From NCBI GenBank assembly GCA_036172245.1, contig JAYWIR010000004.1, positions 806,001-870,000 on the forward strand: 64,000 nucleotides of DNA, read 5' to 3'. The notes beneath the pieces are model-generated. The model did no database searches. It worked only from the letters and a program-made list of their open reading frames with translations, and was not told the origin of the DNA. Source of the stretch: Raillietiella orientalis. Taxonomy: Eukaryota. Positions 63,500 through 64,000 of this stretch are shown in pieces. Each line of letters starts with the position of its first letter. Position 1 is the stretch's first letter. The translations under genes were made by a program, and so were the position numbers.

Positions 63500-63900
63500 C
63501 AGGAAGAAACCCTTTGTCTACCCCTAATTTAAATATTTCATTGCCATGTTTGTTATTACTGTCGGCCTTCTATTGATAACGATTTTTTCTTCATCCACGT
63601 CCTCACCCGCAATCTGAACCATTTTGCAGTCTTCAACTTCCTTGGAAATCTGTTGTGCTTTATCTGTACCCACCTGAAATGTTTGTTAAGTGGGGAGTGC
63701 TGTTTTCGCAGGGCCTCCAGAGAGAGTAAAGAAAGTCATCAATCCATACAAGCTCAGGTGCGAACGGCTCGAAGCACCTACGAAACTTCTACGCTCAGTG
63801 CCAGAATTTTGTTCCGCGCCACCGTATCACTACAGTGCTTACTGAAACAGATCATTGCTTCACTTCTGCAAAGAAACATGATGCGTCTGCTGTGAAATTC
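63500..63900 (-). pseudogene. PCI-domain C-terminal exons, most like eIF3 subunit c; divergent or decayed; runs off the window
   Basis: RSEAMICFSKHCSDTVARNKILALS and QQISKEV...KIVINRRPTVITNMAMKY resemble eIF3c EESLRTY...SISMETLS and IISKMI...VVMHRTEPT..QNLALQL; AG acceptors present. Confidence 0.4.
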
Positions 63901-64000
63901 GACCCCTACTCAGACTGCTTCTATCCCCATTTCACCCTTTGACTTTCACTTTACCGGTGTCTTTCCTCCTACAAACTGATGACAGTCTCCCTTACTCCAT

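Noticed and set aside
34600..63900. Alternative genetic code or RNA editing rescuing the broken genes
   Set aside because: All three stop codons occur, together with frameshifts, substitutions at invariant residues and TE insertions; neutral decay is simpler.

Overview
Eukaryotic nuclear DNA, most likely invertebrate/arthropod, with GT-AG introns. I found no convincingly intact protein-coding gene, rRNA, tRNA or CRISPR array. The left ~34 kb is mainly old retroelement debris: Ty3/Gypsy pol, L1/Tx1, I/Jockey-like and RLE (R2/NeSL/Utopia-like) non-LTR fragments. The right ~30 kb is a tightly packed run of intron-containing host genes that appear to have decayed in place: a forkhead-like locus, M13/neprilysin-like, CYP4-like, chondroitin synthase, RICTOR, and more tentatively a FASTK/RAP-domain gene and an eIF3c-like PCI gene. 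Younger retroelements sit inside several of them. The most unusual items are (1) this block-wide pseudogenisation of conserved genes, (2) a ~370-bp AT-rich mosaic at 18.4-18.8 kb of very short bacterial gene pieces (lon, sucC) that look Wolbachia-derived and begin with a perfect fold-back, (3) up to three tandem divergent forkhead-like domains, (4) a twin-priming-type 5' inversion in a Tx1-like element, and (5) a strand-skewed island with diverged direct repeats. All homology calls come from manual translation and comparison with family motifs from memory; no searches were run. Boundaries are approximate unless splice sites or motifs are quoted.
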